Positions 20,311 to 30,299 of a stretch of DNA of 64,000 nt are shown in pieces. The first letter of the stretch is position 1. The number at the start of each line of letters is the position of its first letter. This DNA is from Thermoanaerobaculia bacterium (GTDB lineage: Bacteria; Acidobacteriota; Thermoanaerobaculia; Multivoradales; Multivoraceae). Below the pieces are notes generated by a model. The model saw only the letters and a list, made by a program, of their open reading frames with translations. It was not told the DNA's origin and ran no database searches. A program made the translations under genes and the position numbers. Location: the NCBI GenBank assembly GCA_022822365.1, contig JAJEBV010000043.1, positions 42,811-106,810 of the forward strand, given 5' to 3'.

Positions 20311-22047
20311 TCATCGGAAGCGGAAGTAGCCCCATGATGCTGTCTGTTCCTCCAACAGATCGAGAGCCGCTAGGCACTCCTCGACCGTCCGGCCAAAGAG
20401 CCGAGACCTCACGATGGGCGATTCCGCCCCTCCATCCGACAGTGAACTGCGAATGCCGACAAGCCATCGCTGATGCTCGTCTGGGCGGCGCACGAACGAG
20501 CCGGGTGGAACGACGACGTAGGAGTCGGGCAGATGGCCCTTACAGTAGCAGCAGTGCAGCGATAGGAGAGCCTCGAAGCGTTCAAACGCACTCGTGCACG
20601 ATGTAGCATCCGGGAACACATCGCCGAAGTGCCGCCATAGAACTTCGCGTAGATGAGCGTTCACAGCGAAGTCTTGGAATCCGGTACCCTCCCGCAGAAA
20701 GTGCGCACCCAACTCGCGCCCGGCGTCTGATTCCCTCGCGACAGCACTGCGCGGCTGCACTGGAGTCCTCAGGAGGTGTCCCAGAAACTCCAGTCGATCC
20801 GAATGCACTGCACCGACGCCGAGTGCATAGAGCAAGCTCGTCGCCGGATAGCGCGCCAAGCTCAGCCAAGTCACAAAGCCACTTTGCAACGACACCGACG
20901 AGAGCTTCTGAACACCGCGCCGCCACGCGGCGCAGTGTTCTTTCTCCGCCCAGACGCCGCCGACGCAAGCCATCGCCACGAGGGTGCCGCATGCGCTGTC
21001 GTAGCGCTCGAGTCGGGCCACGATGGACTCGTCGGTCGGGCGCTCACCTTCTATTGGGAAACTGTCCCCGTGCGTCTGCTCGAAGGTATCGTCCACCGCC
21101 TGACCAACAAGGTCGGCGAAACGGATGCGATGACGCGATTCGGGCAAGTACCGCTTCATGTTCGCGACAGCCGCCTCCGTGGACAGGGGATGCGGCTTCG
21201 AGAACTCCTCAACCGCCTCCACCTGCTCCTGCAGACTGCCGAAGAACTCGTCGGCACCCTTCGTCTGGATCGTTTCTGCAGACCGGTGTTCGATCAGTTT
21301 CGCAGCAGCCTCGGAGGGTCTTCTACGCACGGCCCAGTAGGTCGTGAAGCGACGCGAAGGGCAGCGTTCCAGTGCCTTCCGCAAAGCACCGTCCCACTCG
21401 GCCGACCAGCCGCACAGAACGAGTCCGAACTCGTCGAAGATGCGATCCAGGAGCTGGTCCAGTTCAGCCGGGTACTCGTCGAGCTCTGCCTCGGTGTTCC
21501 TGATCCGCGTGTCGAGATAGTCGCCGTGAACCTTTAGCACCGTACACGGGGAATGGACCAACGGAAGCGCGCCACGGATCTGGTCCCTGGACGCGAGGAC
21601 TGCCGGAACCACGCCTTCCTCCGCCAACGCAGTCTCCATCAGCCGGTCGAAGTTCGTCGTGACGACGACGCGTACGAATCCGCGAGAGGCCAGCGCAGCT
21701 ATGGCTCGGTGTGCCCGCGTCGGGATCTTCTTTCCCTCCTCCCGCTCCTCTTCGCTCGGCTCGACGTAAGAACGCAGAAGCTGTTGCCGGTCTTCTCGCG
21801 ATTTCGCAAACTGTTCGACCAGATCGGAGTACTCGGGTGCGACCCCGAACTTCTGCTCGTACCAAACCTCGGGTGAGGGCGTCCCTACCTCACCGAGCGA
21901 GCTTCTGAGCTTGCCGACCAGATCAAGCGTGATTTCCCAGCCGGTCGGTATCCCAGCCGCCCTGGAAACGCCCGAACCGAGCAGGACGGCATAAACTCCC
22001 GGACCTGACTGAATCGAGAAGGCGAGCGCTTGCGCCGGGTCGATCAC
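20311..22047 (-). CDS. SIR2-like (SIR2_2) domain protein, putative NADase defence effector
   Basis: LLGSGVSRAAGIP, VTTNFDRLME, LKVHGD and LCGWSAEWD, followed by a roughly 300-aa helical C-terminal region. Confidence 0.85.
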   Translation of the reverse strand: MIDPAQALAFSIQSGPGVYAVLLGSGVSRAAGIPTGWEITLDLVGKLRSSLGEVGTPSPEVWYEQKFGVAPEYSDLVEQFAKSREDRQQLLRSYVEPSEEEREEGKKIPTRAHRAIAALASRGFVRVVVTTNFDRLMETALAEEGVVPAVLASRDQIRGALPLVHSPCTVLKVHGDYLDTRIRNTEAELDEYPAELDQLLDRIFDEFGLVLCGWSAEWDGALRKALERCPSRRFTTYWAVRRRPSEAAAKLIEHRSAETIQTKGADEFFGSLQEQVEAVEEFSKPHPLSTEAAVANMKRYLPESRHRIRFADLVGQAVDDTFEQTHGDSFPIEGERPTDESIVARLERYDSACGTLVAMACVGGVWAEKEHCAAWRRGVQKLSSVSLQSGFVTWLSLARYPATSLLYALGVGAVHSDRLEFLGHLLRTPVQPRSAVARESDAGRELGAHFLREGTGFQDFAVNAHLREVLWRHFGDVFPDATSCTSAFERFEALLSLHCCYCKGHLPDSYVVVPPGSFVRRPDEHQRWLVGIRSSLSDGGAESPIVRSRLFGRTVEECLAALDLLEEQTASWGYFRFR

Positions 22048-22093
22048 CGAACCGTCGCTCCGCGGATCTTCTCCTTCAACCCGCGTACCGTGA

Positions 22094-23659
22094 CTATGTG
22101 GAGTCGCATGAACGTACCTGTCTGGGCTGCGCGCCCTCGAACTCGCCTACTCGAACCGAGCCCGATATCAACTCGCCCAGCAACGAGTCCCGCTGCTCCG
22201 CCAGCCGCCGCGATTCGTGGACGTTGAAGAGTATCCGCTCCAAGAGAGGCCCCACGGTCCGCTCGTACGTCTTGACCACCGCAGGACGGGGAAGGGGGAG
22301 ACCGTAGGCACTCATGTTCTTCCAGTTCGTTCGAGGCATCCTCGTGCCAGTAGAAGTGAGATCTGCCCAACCGACGAACTCCGCGGAAGAAACCAGGCCC
22401 AACACAAAGGCCCACCAGTGAGGCGCTTTGGGCGCCATGACAACAATGTCAGTCGAGCAAACACCGTCCAGCGGCGCAATTCCGACCTTGTGGAAGTAGG
22501 GCCGGAGCTTCCCGAAGAGGATCTCGCCTCTCCTGAACCGGGACTTGCCGCTCGCCAACGACCGCGAGTCGCCCCATTCTGTGAGGGCAACCGACTCGCG
22601 GGGCATGTGCTGGAGACCGATGTACGGCGTGTCGGAAGCCAGACGATCCGGCACCGCCCCTCTTCTCCGCAACTCCGCGATGTCCGCAAGGCACCCGCGA
22701 TCCCAGGTCTCAGGTGCCGCGTGCTCCCCGCTCCCGGCCAAGCTGTCCGGAAACAGATCGGCGATGACCCGTGGCAGGCCCGGATCCCGGCCTTCCATCT
22801 TGGCCCGTACCGGATCGAAGTCGATGAACCAGGACCTGAACAGCGTCCGCACGATCGCCTCCAGCGTCTCGTTCATCCGACTGTTCAGTTCGATTCTGTC
22901 GTCCAGCGTGCCGAGTACGCGAGCGATTGCGCGCTGGTCGCGAGGAGCTGGCACTCGCACCGGCATGGAATAGACGGAGTCCCTGCTGGTCGACGGTATC
23001 GCCGAGCCGCTGTCCAGACCATTGATGTCTTCCGACAGGAGCGCATAGTAGGCCCACCGCATATCGAAGACTTGGTCCGTCTTGGGCTTCAGATAGAAGG
23101 CAGTATCGATGGCGAAGAACGGTTCCGGCGAGTAGTGGACCCCCCTGTAGGCACCCTTTCTTCCAACTACGACGCTTGGGCCATCATCGAGTGCTTCCGT
23201 ATGCCAGCCAATCGGACCGTTCGTTCCGAAGACCCGATAGGGGCCGGTAGCCTCTCTGTATCCCCGAAGAGACTTGCCGTACTCAAGCGTCGCCAAGTCG
23301 CCCCAAGTGCGTTCCAGCCACTTCACACGCTCCCGCCGATGCTCGGTGAATTCTCTGACGACGACATACTGCCGCTCGATCTCCGGATGAAACCGCTCCG
23401 GCAAGCGCGCCCAGTCGCGAGCCTCGACCAGGAACGGGATGGTCGAATCGTGAAGCGCTTGAGTGAAGTCGCCGAGGGCGGAGATGTCGATCTCCTCCAG
23501 TTCCGGGCCTCGCAGCACGAGGTCGAGGTCGCTGCCCTCATGACTCTCGCCGTTCACGCGACTGCCGTAGGCCCAGACCTCCACTTCGGGGAGGTGTTCG
23601 CGCAGCAGGGCTTCGAGTTGCACTCGATGGCGCGGCAGTAGGTGGAGGCGTTCAGTCAT
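22094..23659 (-). CDS. hsdS: Minimal nucleotidyltransferase (MNT) fused to type I RM specificity subunit
   Basis: The N-terminal ~100 aa carry YGSRVNGESHEGSDLDL (GS-x10-DxD). Two TRDs follow, with conserved helices QRAIARVLGTLDDRIELN and LAEQRDSLLGELISG. ATG 23659 overlaps the upstream stop. Confidence 0.9.
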   Translation of the reverse strand: MTERLHLLPRHRVQLEALLREHLPEVEVWAYGSRVNGESHEGSDLDLVLRGPELEEIDISALGDFTQALHDSTIPFLVEARDWARLPERFHPEIERQYVVVREFTEHRRERVKWLERTWGDLATLEYGKSLRGYREATGPYRVFGTNGPIGWHTEALDDGPSVVVGRKGAYRGVHYSPEPFFAIDTAFYLKPKTDQVFDMRWAYYALLSEDINGLDSGSAIPSTSRDSVYSMPVRVPAPRDQRAIARVLGTLDDRIELNSRMNETLEAIVRTLFRSWFIDFDPVRAKMEGRDPGLPRVIADLFPDSLAGSGEHAAPETWDRGCLADIAELRRRGAVPDRLASDTPYIGLQHMPRESVALTEWGDSRSLASGKSRFRRGEILFGKLRPYFHKVGIAPLDGVCSTDIVVMAPKAPHWWAFVLGLVSSAEFVGWADLTSTGTRMPRTNWKNMSAYGLPLPRPAVVKTYERTVGPLLERILFNVHESRRLAEQRDSLLGELISGSVRVGEFEGAQPRQVRSCDST

Positions 23660-24077
23660 CGCGCGCCTGCTCGACGACCTCGACCAGCGCCCGGGCATCG
23701 GCGACGAAGGCAGGCAGGCGCTCCACCGCCGCCACGACGGCCGGGTCGGCCCCGTCCGGCTCGCCGCTTCCGTTCAGGGTGTCCCGGTAGTTCAGCCAAC
23801 GCTCTGCGGTTTCCATGTCGATCAGGCCGTGCTTGGCCGCGTGCCGAAACAGGTCCCGGAACGTCAGGCGGTCCGCTGCCCGGTTGCTGGCGAACCACGG
23901 ACGCAACGTTTTCCTCAGCAGCTTGCCGCTCTGTTCGAGAGCAACCTCGAACCGCTCGATGCACAGCTCTCGCCCGAGCCGGCGAGCCGTTTCGTCCTCA
24001 CGGTCGCGGTCCAGGAGTTGGCAGTAGACCTCCAGCCGGTCGAGGCACTCCTTGAAGAACGTCGTGTCGATGCCCAC
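23652..24077 (-). CDS. HI0074-family HEPN / nucleotidyltransferase substrate-binding protein, catalytic motif degenerate
   Basis: IERFEVALEQSGKLLRK, FRDLFRHAAKHGLID and WLNYRD. Coupled to the MNT gene. GTG 24077 is the inferred start. Confidence 0.8.
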   Translation of the reverse strand: MGIDTTFFKECLDRLEVYCQLLDRDREDETARRLGRELCIERFEVALEQSGKLLRKTLRPWFASNRAADRLTFRDLFRHAAKHGLIDMETAERWLNYRDTLNGSGEPDGADPAVVAAVERLPAFVADARALVEVVEQARDD

Positions 24078-24102
24078 GGACTGACGCGCGCCAAGCCGTC
24101 TC

Positions 24103-24327
24103 TTACGCCGTCGCGGCCAATCCGATCTCCACTTCCACGGATGATGCCAGCGGCGGCGGAATCGGTTCGCCGTCCTCCCGCAGACCTTCGAGGTGAAGGG
24201 CAAGCGCCTCGCGCATGAGCTGGACGACCTCGGAACGTGTCTCGGCAGCGGCAACGCAGCCCGGCACGTCGGGCGCGTACGCACCGTAGCTTGTCGGCGT
24301 CTTCTCGATCACGATCATGTACTTCAC
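24103..24327 (-). CDS. hicB: HicB-family antitoxin (short form)
   Basis: YGAYAPDVPGCVAAAET..E...LMREALALHLEGLREDGEPIP. Confidence 0.92.
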   Translation of the reverse strand: MKYMIVIEKTPTSYGAYAPDVPGCVAAAETRSEVVQLMREALALHLEGLREDGEPIPPPLASSVEVEIGLAATA

Positions 24328-24334
24328 GAGCTTC

Positions 24335-24526
24335 TCACTTCCTGAGGCCAGCCTGCTTCATGATGCTATTCCACGTACCCGGTGGCACGTCCACGCTGAG
24401 CTTACCTGCGATCGTGACCTTCCCCGGCTTCACGGGATGCCGGTACTGGCGACGACTCCCCCGTGTCGTGATGCGCCGCCAACCGTCCCGTTCGACAGCG
24501 CGAATCGCTTCACGGACCTTAGGCAT
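24335..24526 (-). CDS. hicA: HicA-family toxin with catalytic His replaced by Arg
   Basis: KVREAIRAVERDGW....RGSRRQYRHPVKPGKVTIAG...GTWNSIMKQAGL; lies directly upstream of hicB. Confidence 0.88.
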   Translation of the reverse strand: MPKVREAIRAVERDGWRRITTRGSRRQYRHPVKPGKVTIAGKLSVDVPPGTWNSIMKQAGLRK

Positions 24527-24592
24527 CGGTCGTGAAGGCTGTCCCGAGGCGCCCGGCCGCACCGGATTCCCGCGACACGGCCTGGTCCACGA

Positions 24593-26164
<1,572 letters not shown>

Positions 26165-26380
26165 CGTCGTCGGTGTGATTGTCGATCCCGTCAGTCAGGA
26201 TGATCTCTCGGAGCGGCCATCGTAGCCCCAGAACGCACGCGACGACTAGTATCGAGAAAGCTGCTCCGCCGCTCCGTTCCGGCTCGGTGGTGGTGGCCAG
26301 GGCAGCCAAGAGCGCCGGCCGCCTGGGCTACCGAGGTTCAGGCGGGGCCGTCCAGGGGCTCGCGTCTGGAGGAAGCTGTG

Positions 26381-27361
26381 ATGGCCGCAAGGCATCAGCA
26401 CTATGTCCCTCGGTGGTACATGGCGAACTGGGGGGACGAGAAGGGCCGCGTGGTCTTCTCGAGGAACGGCCAGATCCTGGGACCGACCAATCCGAGGAAC
26501 ATCCTCGGCAGGCGCGACTTCTACGAGGCTCCGGTCCTGACCATGCAGGACATCTGCCTCCTGTCCACGTTCGTCTCGCAGAACGTCACATCCGAGAACG
26601 CTCGCCCCATGGCAGAAACGATCCTGGAGGGCGCGCTGTTCCACTCGACGCTGAAGACCCTCGTCCTGCCTTCGCCGCACCTGTCGGAGGAGGAGAAGGA
26701 ACTGCTGTCCGGTGCTCTCAGAGACAATGAAGAGCGGCGCCTGGCCAAGTCGGAAGGGAGGGCGAAGGCCATCGTGGACCGTCTCCTGGCGGGGGACGTC
26801 AGCGCTCTGGCCGAGTCCAGGTCGGGTCTCGACTTCTTCGGGTTCCTTGGCGACATGGCGTTTCGCGGCCACGGCGTCCGCGCTCTGGTCGCCCAGTCGG
26901 GCTTCTTGTCCGAGGGCGGTGCCGCGATTCTGGCGCGAATCGTAGGCGCCAACATGACCTGCGTTCACTTCTTCGACCGGCTCGGGCACCCGCCGACTGT
27001 TCTGAGGAACGAGACGCAGCGCCGCTTCGTTACCAGCGACCACCCGGTCGTGAACATCCTTGCTCCGCAGGAGGACCGGATACCCGACGACGACGAGTAC
27101 GCCGTGTATTTCCCGCTTTCTCCCTCTCGCGCGCTGGTCGTACCGCCTTGGAAGCAGAAGTTCACGCCGGAAACGGCAACCGAGGAACTGGTGGCCAGTC
27201 TCAACGCCTGGATAGCGAGCCGCGCTCACGAGACGTTGGTCGCCAAGCACCCAAACGATCTGACGATGACACTCGCGGACGCTGGAACTCCACCTCCGAT
27301 GCAGACCTGGTTTGAAGAGCGCTCGTCTGGCCTACGGCCCAGCATCACACGAACCAGATAG
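26381..27361 (+). CDS. DUF4238-domain protein
   Basis: QHYVPRWYM at the N-terminus, FVTSDHPV and FPLSP. Confidence 0.8.
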   Translation: MAARHQHYVPRWYMANWGDEKGRVVFSRNGQILGPTNPRNILGRRDFYEAPVLTMQDICLLSTFVSQNVTSENARPMAETILEGALFHSTLKTLVLPSPHLSEEEKELLSGALRDNEERRLAKSEGRAKAIVDRLLAGDVSALAESRSGLDFFGFLGDMAFRGHGVRALVAQSGFLSEGGAAILARIVGANMTCVHFFDRLGHPPTVLRNETQRRFVTSDHPVVNILAPQEDRIPDDDEYAVYFPLSPSRALVVPPWKQKFTPETATEELVASLNAWIASRAHETLVAKHPNDLTMTLADAGTPPPMQTWFEERSSGLRPSITRTR

Positions 27362-27403
27362 CGGCACATCCTTCATCTCGCAGAAGAGACACGGAATACT
27401 CTG

Positions 27404-27685
27404 ATGATGACGCGGACTTCGATCCTGCACGTCCGGATTGACGCCGAGACGAAACGAGCGGCAACAGCCGCGCTCGCGGCGACGGGATTGACGGCTTCGC
27501 AGGCCGTGCGGCTGCTGTTCCACCGCATCGCCGTCGATCAGGCATTCCTACTCCAGCTCAAGGTGCCGAACGCTCGGACCCGAGAGGCCATGGCCGAGGT
27601 GGATGAGATGGTGAAGGAGAGCAGCGCGCGGTTCGCCAGCGCGGACGGAGTGTTCGCAAAGCTCGAAGAAGCCGGCGACGAGTAG
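27404..27685 (+). CDS. dinJ: RelB/DinJ-family antitoxin
   Basis: [11 protein letters not shown]...L...[11 protein letters not shown] and [11 protein letters not shown]. Confidence 0.88.
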   Translation: MMTRTSILHVRIDAETKRAATAALAATGLTASQAVRLLFHRIAVDQAFLLQLKVPNARTREAMAEVDEMVKESSARFASADGVFAKLEEAGDE

Positions 27686-27862
27686 ATGCCCCGCTCGGTC
27701 CGGAACGGAGAGACCACGCGCTCAAGGGGTCAATGGGCGCCTTACCGGGAATGCCACATCGGCGGCAACTTCCTTCTGATCTATCGCATCGACGATACGG
27801 ACCGGCCGAGCGGGTCGATCTACTTCGCCCGGGCCGGCACGCACGCGGAGTTGTTCGAGTGA
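27686..27862 (+). pseudogene. yafQ: YafQ-family toxin remnant (N-terminal deletion plus frameshift)
   Basis: One frame reads [15 protein letters not shown]. After the GGGG run near 27726-27729 another frame reads [18 protein letters not shown]...[14 protein letters not shown]. The N-terminal part of YafQ is absent. Confidence 0.8.
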
Positions 27863-30213
27863 CCAACGGCAAGAGCACTCCCAAGCCGGGGTTCACTCGC
27901 CGAGGCCTCCTTGCCTGGCTGGCCGCGGTGGCGTCCTTGCCGCGGCGGAGCGGACAGGCCCACGCAGCTCCTCAGGAGTCCCAGGGACCGGCCGGTGGAA
28001 CTCGGGTCGACCGGTGGCACCGGACGCACGACCGGGTCTGGCTCGGTGAGCGGTTCTGGGCCAACCCGATGGAGGACTGGCGGACTGTGGACGGTGCGGC
28101 CGAAGTGCAGACGTCGGGCGGAAACCGCAACGTCCACCTGATCACGCATCGGCTGACGGGCGAAGGAGGGCGGTTTCGGATGTCGGTCCGCTGCCGGCGG
28201 GTGGAGGCCGGGGAGCAGGACGGCGGAGCGGGGTTCCGAATCGGCATCCGCAACCTGATCGACGACCATCGCAGCAACAGCTTCGCGCGTGGCGTCGGGG
28301 TGGATGCAGGGATGGTCGATGGGCGGCTGGTGCTGGGCTCATCGAGTGCGGACGCTGACGGCGATGATGCTGGCGTTACGGACGGAGTTGTGCTCGTCCT
28401 CGAGGGTCGCGTGGAAGGTACGGACTGCGTACTTACGCTGGCGGCCCTGGACGCCGACGACGACGAGCTCGGCAACGTCAACCACGCGCTCCCCGCGGCC
28501 GACATCGCCGGCAACGTCGCGATCGTCAGCAACTTCGACCGGGAGATCCCCAAGGGTGAGGGCGCCCGGTACCGGTTCAGCGAGTGGACGGCGGACGGGG
28601 ATGCCTTCGAGATCGACGAGGACCACCGGTTCGGGCCGATCCTGTGGTCGATGTACTCGATGAGCGATTCCCGCGGCGACGAGGGCTTCATCGTCAAGCT
28701 CACGGCGCTCCTGCCCCCGCTGGGCACCAACGACGACTGGCGCGTCGAGCTGCTGACCGAGCACAACGGAGAGTGGCGATCCCACGGCTTCGCCGAACTC
28801 GACCCGGACGCCTGGACGGCGACGTTCCGCCTGCCCAACTGGAACGAACGGGTCGCGGCGCCGTTCCGGCTCGTGTACCGGGAGCGCCACACCGACGGCG
28901 GCGAGACGGAGCACGCCTGGCAGGGCACGATCCGCGCAAACCCCGCCGACCGGCCGCTGCGGCTGGCCGGACTCACCTGCCAGAACGATTACTCCTTCCC
29001 CTACGCGCCGGTCGCCGACCATGTTCTGGCGCGGGATCCCGACCTGCTCTTCTTCTCCGGTGATCAGCTCTACGAGAGCCACGGCGGCTACGGCCTGATC
29101 CGGGAGCCGGCGGAGCCGGCGATCCTGAACTACCTGCGGAAGTACTACGAGTTCGGCTGGGCGTTCCGCGAGGCGATGCGGGACCGGCCGACGCTGTGCA
29201 TCCCGGACGATCACGACGTGTTCCAGGGCAACATCTGGGGCGAGGGCGGCAAGGCGATGGACACGGGCCGGGGCACCTCCTCGCTCGGGGGCTACCGGGA
29301 GCCGGCCCGGATGGTCAACGTGGTCCACCGGACGAACGCCTCTCACCATCCGGATCCGTTCGACCCGGCGCCGGTCGACCAGGACATCAGCGTCTACTAC
29401 GGCGACATGGTCTACGGCGGCGTGGGCTTCGCGATCCTCGCTGACCGGCAGTTCAAGAGCGGCCCCGAGCACGTGGACACCGGTTCCGGCCGTGCCGACC
29501 ACGTGCTCGACTCGGAACTGGATACAGCAGCGCTCGATGCGCCCGGTCTTGCCCTGCTCGGCGAACGGCAGGAGAAGTTCCTGGAGCAGTGGGCCGGCGA
29601 CTGGCGCGGCCACACGATGAAGGTGCTGCTCAGCCAGACCGTGTTCGCGGGCATCGCGACGCACCACGGCGGCTACGACGACTACCTGATCGCCGATCTC
29701 GACTGCGGCGGCTGGCCGCAGACGCCGCGCGACCGGCTCGTCCGCATCCTCCGGAAGGCGAAGTGCCTGCACGTCTGCGGCGACCAGCACCTGCCTTCGC
29801 TCGTCCAGTACGGCGCGGATGCGCAGCGCGACGGATCCTGGGCCTTCTGCACGCCGGCGATCAGCGCCGGCTACCCGCGCTGGTGGCGGCCGGACGAAGT
29901 CGGAACGCCTCACCGGAACCGGCCCCGCCACGGCCTGCCGCACACCGGCGAGTTCCGCGATCCCCTGGGCAACCGGGTCTATGTCTACGCCATCGGCAAC
30001 CCGGAAGTCGGCACCGCGCGTGACCCCTACGAGCGAGCGCAGCAGAAGAGCAGCGGCTTCGGCCTGGTCACCGTCGACAAGGCGGCGAGGACCTACCGGA
30101 TCGAGGCGTTCCGTTTCCTGAGCACGGCCGACGACAGCGACGACGGCCAGTTCCCCGGCTGGCCGGTCACCCTGCACCAGGCCGAGAACGCGGGCGACAA
30201 CCGCCTCGGCTAG
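27859..30213 (+). CDS. Tat-exported PhoD-like metallophosphatase
   Basis: GTG 27859 gives the Tat signal FTRRGLL. Motifs [22 protein letters not shown] and GDQH. Confidence 0.8.
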   Translation: MTNGKSTPKPGFTRRGLLAWLAAVASLPRRSGQAHAAPQESQGPAGGTRVDRWHRTHDRVWLGERFWANPMEDWRTVDGAAEVQTSGGNRNVHLITHRLTGEGGRFRMSVRCRRVEAGEQDGGAGFRIGIRNLIDDHRSNSFARGVGVDAGMVDGRLVLGSSSADADGDDAGVTDGVVLVLEGRVEGTDCVLTLAALDADDDELGNVNHALPAADIAGNVAIVSNFDREIPKGEGARYRFSEWTADGDAFEIDEDHRFGPILWSMYSMSDSRGDEGFIVKLTALLPPLGTNDDWRVELLTEHNGEWRSHGFAELDPDAWTATFRLPNWNERVAAPFRLVYRERHTDGGETEHAWQGTIRANPADRPLRLAGLTCQNDYSFPYAPVADHVLARDPDLLFFSGDQLYESHGGYGLIREPAEPAILNYLRKYYEFGWAFREAMRDRPTLCIPDDHDVFQGNIWGEGGKAMDTGRGTSSLGGYREPARMVNVVHRTNASHHPDPFDPAPVDQDISVYYGDMVYGGVGFAILADRQFKSGPEHVDTGSGRADHVLDSELDTAALDAPGLALLGERQEKFLEQWAGDWRGHTMKVLLSQTVFAGIATHHGGYDDYLIADLDCGGWPQTPRDRLVRILRKAKCLHVCGDQHLPSLVQYGADAQRDGSWAFCTPAISAGYPRWWRPDEVGTPHRNRPRHGLPHTGEFRDPLGNRVYVYAIGNPEVGTARDPYERAQQKSSGFGLVTVDKAARTYRIEAFRFLSTADDSDDGQFPGWPVTLHQAENAGDNRLG

Positions 30214-30299
30214 CGCCGCAGGCGGCGCCCCATGAAACATCGCCACGCGGTCAACGTCCTACGAGCAGGGCCGCAAGGCGGCATTGCCCCACGGCTCAC

